From positions 1-39,092 of the forward strand of contig DMCJ01000136.1 of assembly GCA_003446735.1 (NCBI GenBank): a DNA stretch of 39,092 nucleotides. The letters run 5' to 3'. Under the pieces are notes generated by a model. It worked only from the letters and a program-made list of their open reading frames with translations, had not been told where the DNA came from and made no database searches. The stretch's first letter is position 1, and every line of letters starts with the position of its first letter. This DNA comes from Lachnospiraceae bacterium. Lineage in GTDB: Bacteria > Bacillota > Clostridia > Lachnospirales > Lachnospiraceae. Below are positions 37,635 to 39,092 of the stretch, piece after piece. The position numbers and the translations under genes were made by a program.

Positions 37635-38069
37635 ATGACAGAAGAAAACGTTAAATTAGAGAAAGTTAATAAAAGCTGTAAGTTTGTGATGATCGCGACG
37701 AGGATAGTCTGCATCATCATGATATGTGCCACGGTACTTACGTTTATCGCAGCTGTATATATGTTTGTATCGCACGATAAGTTTGACGGCTCGATCCCCG
37801 ATGTGGTCAGAGCAAAGATCGACCGTAATGTGATCTTAAGCGAGCCGGTGACAAGTGACATACCTGCGCTTCAGGCCTACTTTGATGAAAATGCCGATTC
37901 ATACGGGATAAAGATAAGCATCCTTGTGGCAGGAGCTTCACTCATAAGCGCCATCGTGGCCGTTGCGTTATCTCTCGGAGGCGGTGGGTGTCAGCAATGT
38001 AAATCTCTCGAAGATGAAAAACGGAAAGATATCGGCGATCCGCTTTTCGACGCTCGAAGCGATATGTGA
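37635..38069 (+). pseudogene. 5' part of a DUF2975-like membrane protein fused out of frame to an HTH remnant
   Basis: GAGGAG RBS and two TM helices; after about 37972 the DNA encodes the HTH in another frame. Family is inferred from the usual DUF2975-YozG pairing. Confidence 0.55.
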
Positions 38070-38118
38070 AGCGCTTGACTGCCAGCCCGGCGATATCCTT
38101 GAATACGAAAGATCGTGA
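37972..38118 (+). pseudogene. 5'-truncated YozG/Cro-like HTH regulator (copy 2)
   Basis: LSEAVGVSNVNLSKMKNGKISAIRFSTLEAICEALDCQPGDILEYERS*; first helix and native start are missing. Confidence 0.85.
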
Positions 38119-39092
38119 CAGAATGTGACAGGGGAAACGTCCATCTTTTTTGTCCCAAATAGAGAAATTTTTTTAAGCATGTGTTATAATGCGTTTGTAA
38201 GCAACATTTCACATAAGTACTATAAATCATATCACCCCACAGTGTTCCGAAAGGAGCATCACATCTTTTATAAGTGTCTTTGAAATTCTTGCTTATTTTT
38301 TCCAATCAATTATAGGCAGGAATTTAAAGAAGAATATTTCTTATCACTCGGATTCCTGCCGGATTCTCGGAAAGGAGACGAAATGTATGAGTGAAAAGAA
38401 AACAATGAAGCAATTTGAGGAACTGGAGTATCGGGATGATTTTATGTTTGGCAAGGTTATGGAAGATCCGGACCTTTGCCACGATGTTCTTGAGTGCCTG
38501 TTGGAAAGACCCATCGGGAAATTGAAAGAGGTACAGACACAAAAGGAATATCATTATACGTCCGAGGGAAGATCTATACGGATGGACGTTTATAATGAAG
38601 AGGAAAACGGCAGCATATATGATGCCGAGATGGAGAACTTAAATCACAGGTCGGTTGAGTCGCACATGTTACCCAAGAGAGTGCGTTATTATCAATCGCT
38701 GATTGATTCCGATCACCTGAGCAAGAACGATACATACAGGAGCCTGCCGGAAAGCACAGTGCTGTTCATATGCACATTTGATCCTTTTAAGAAAGGTTTG
38801 AGCAGATACAGCTTCTGCGAAATGTGTGAGGAGGATCCGACCCTGTCTCTGGAAGATGGGACAAAGAAAATTTTCCTCAATTGTACATTCGGCGGCGATG
38901 GCGTATCAGACGACATTCGGAATTTCTGTCATTACGTAATGACCGGCGAAGCAAAAAACGATCTTACTAAAAAGATCAATGATGCGGTAGAGCGCGGGAG
39001 GAAGAATGAAATGTGGAAAAGTGATTATATAAAAGAACGAGTCATCCTTAACGATGAGAGAGAAGCAGGTAGGGAAGAAGGAAGAAAAGAAG
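38053..39092 (+). repeat. Direct repeat copy 2 (runs to window end)
   Basis: See copy 1; the last 178 bp are identical to 35556-35733. Confidence 0.95.
38387..39092 (+). CDS. Rpn-family PD-(D/E)xK nuclease (PDDEXK_2 'putative transposase'), 3'-partial; absent from the ORF track
   Basis: Manual translation: MSEKKTMKQFEELEYRDDFMFGKVM...SIRMDVY...IYDAEMEN...LPKRVRYYQSLID...Y..LP...VLFICTFDPF...KIFLN...EREAGREEGRKE; no stop codon before the window end; AAGGAG RBS. Confidence 0.9.
   Translation, partial: MSEKKTMKQFEELEYRDDFMFGKVMEDPDLCHDVLECLLERPIGKLKEVQTQKEYHYTSEGRSIRMDVYNEEENGSIYDAEMENLNHRSVESHMLPKRVRYYQSLIDSDHLSKNDTYRSLPESTVLFICTFDPFKKGLSRYSFCEMCEEDPTLSLEDGTKKIFLNCTFGGDGVSDDIRNFCHYVMTGEAKNDLTKKINDAVERGRKNEMWKSDYIKERVILNDEREAGREEGRKE

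Noticed and set aside
35179..39092. Repeat pair as a diversity-generating retroelement TR/VR
   Set aside because: Mismatches are mostly C/T and synonymous rather than adenine-specific, and no reverse transcriptase is in the window.
38387..39092. Calling the Rpn ORF an IS transposase
   Set aside because: No terminal inverted repeats or DDE/HUH motifs are seen; the 'putative transposase' label of this family is not backed by demonstrated transposition.
1..39092. CRISPR arrays, tRNA/rRNA genes, prophage, invertible promoters
   Set aside because: No regularly spaced repeats, RNA gene signatures, phage structural genes or recombinase were seen by eye. The GH25 protein has a TM anchor and a housekeeping context, so it is not called an endolysin.

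Overview
Chromosomal segment from a Firmicute. Gene content and order suggest Lachnospiraceae/Butyrivibrio-like, which is inferred from protein families only. Bases 1-27.6 kb are a + strand cell-envelope polysaccharide locus. It carries a membrane GT-C-like protein, an acyltransferase-3, malQ, several GT2 enzymes, an XRE regulator, rmlB-rmlA, a GH25 muramidase, pgm, GtrA, a polyprenol-P GT2, a flippase-like protein, a kinase/HAD/nucleotidyltransferase trio, VTC + DUF4956, a membrane protein-GT2 fusion, a WcaJ/CpsE-type priming transferase, an LCP protein and a rhamnosyltransferase. glmS, clpX, a divergent carbamate kinase and a convergent 990-aa membrane protein follow. The last 4 kb are an accessory mosaic of two diverged direct-repeat copies of a unit made of a YozG-like HTH 3' end, a structured ~270-nt intergenic region and an Rpn-type PD-(D/E)xK gene. 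The two copies flank an AT-rich hipBA-type toxin-antitoxin pair. Copy 1 has lost its nuclease domain through a 485-bp deletion but keeps the C-terminal part with an internal GGAGG-N9-ATG start, so it is a candidate stand-alone RpnS-like antitoxin. Copy 2 is uninterrupted up to the window end. Truncated genes (aldo/keto reductase, ybaK, DUF2975-like, HTH) are joined at abrupt junctions. All product calls come from motif recognition, and no database searches were run.
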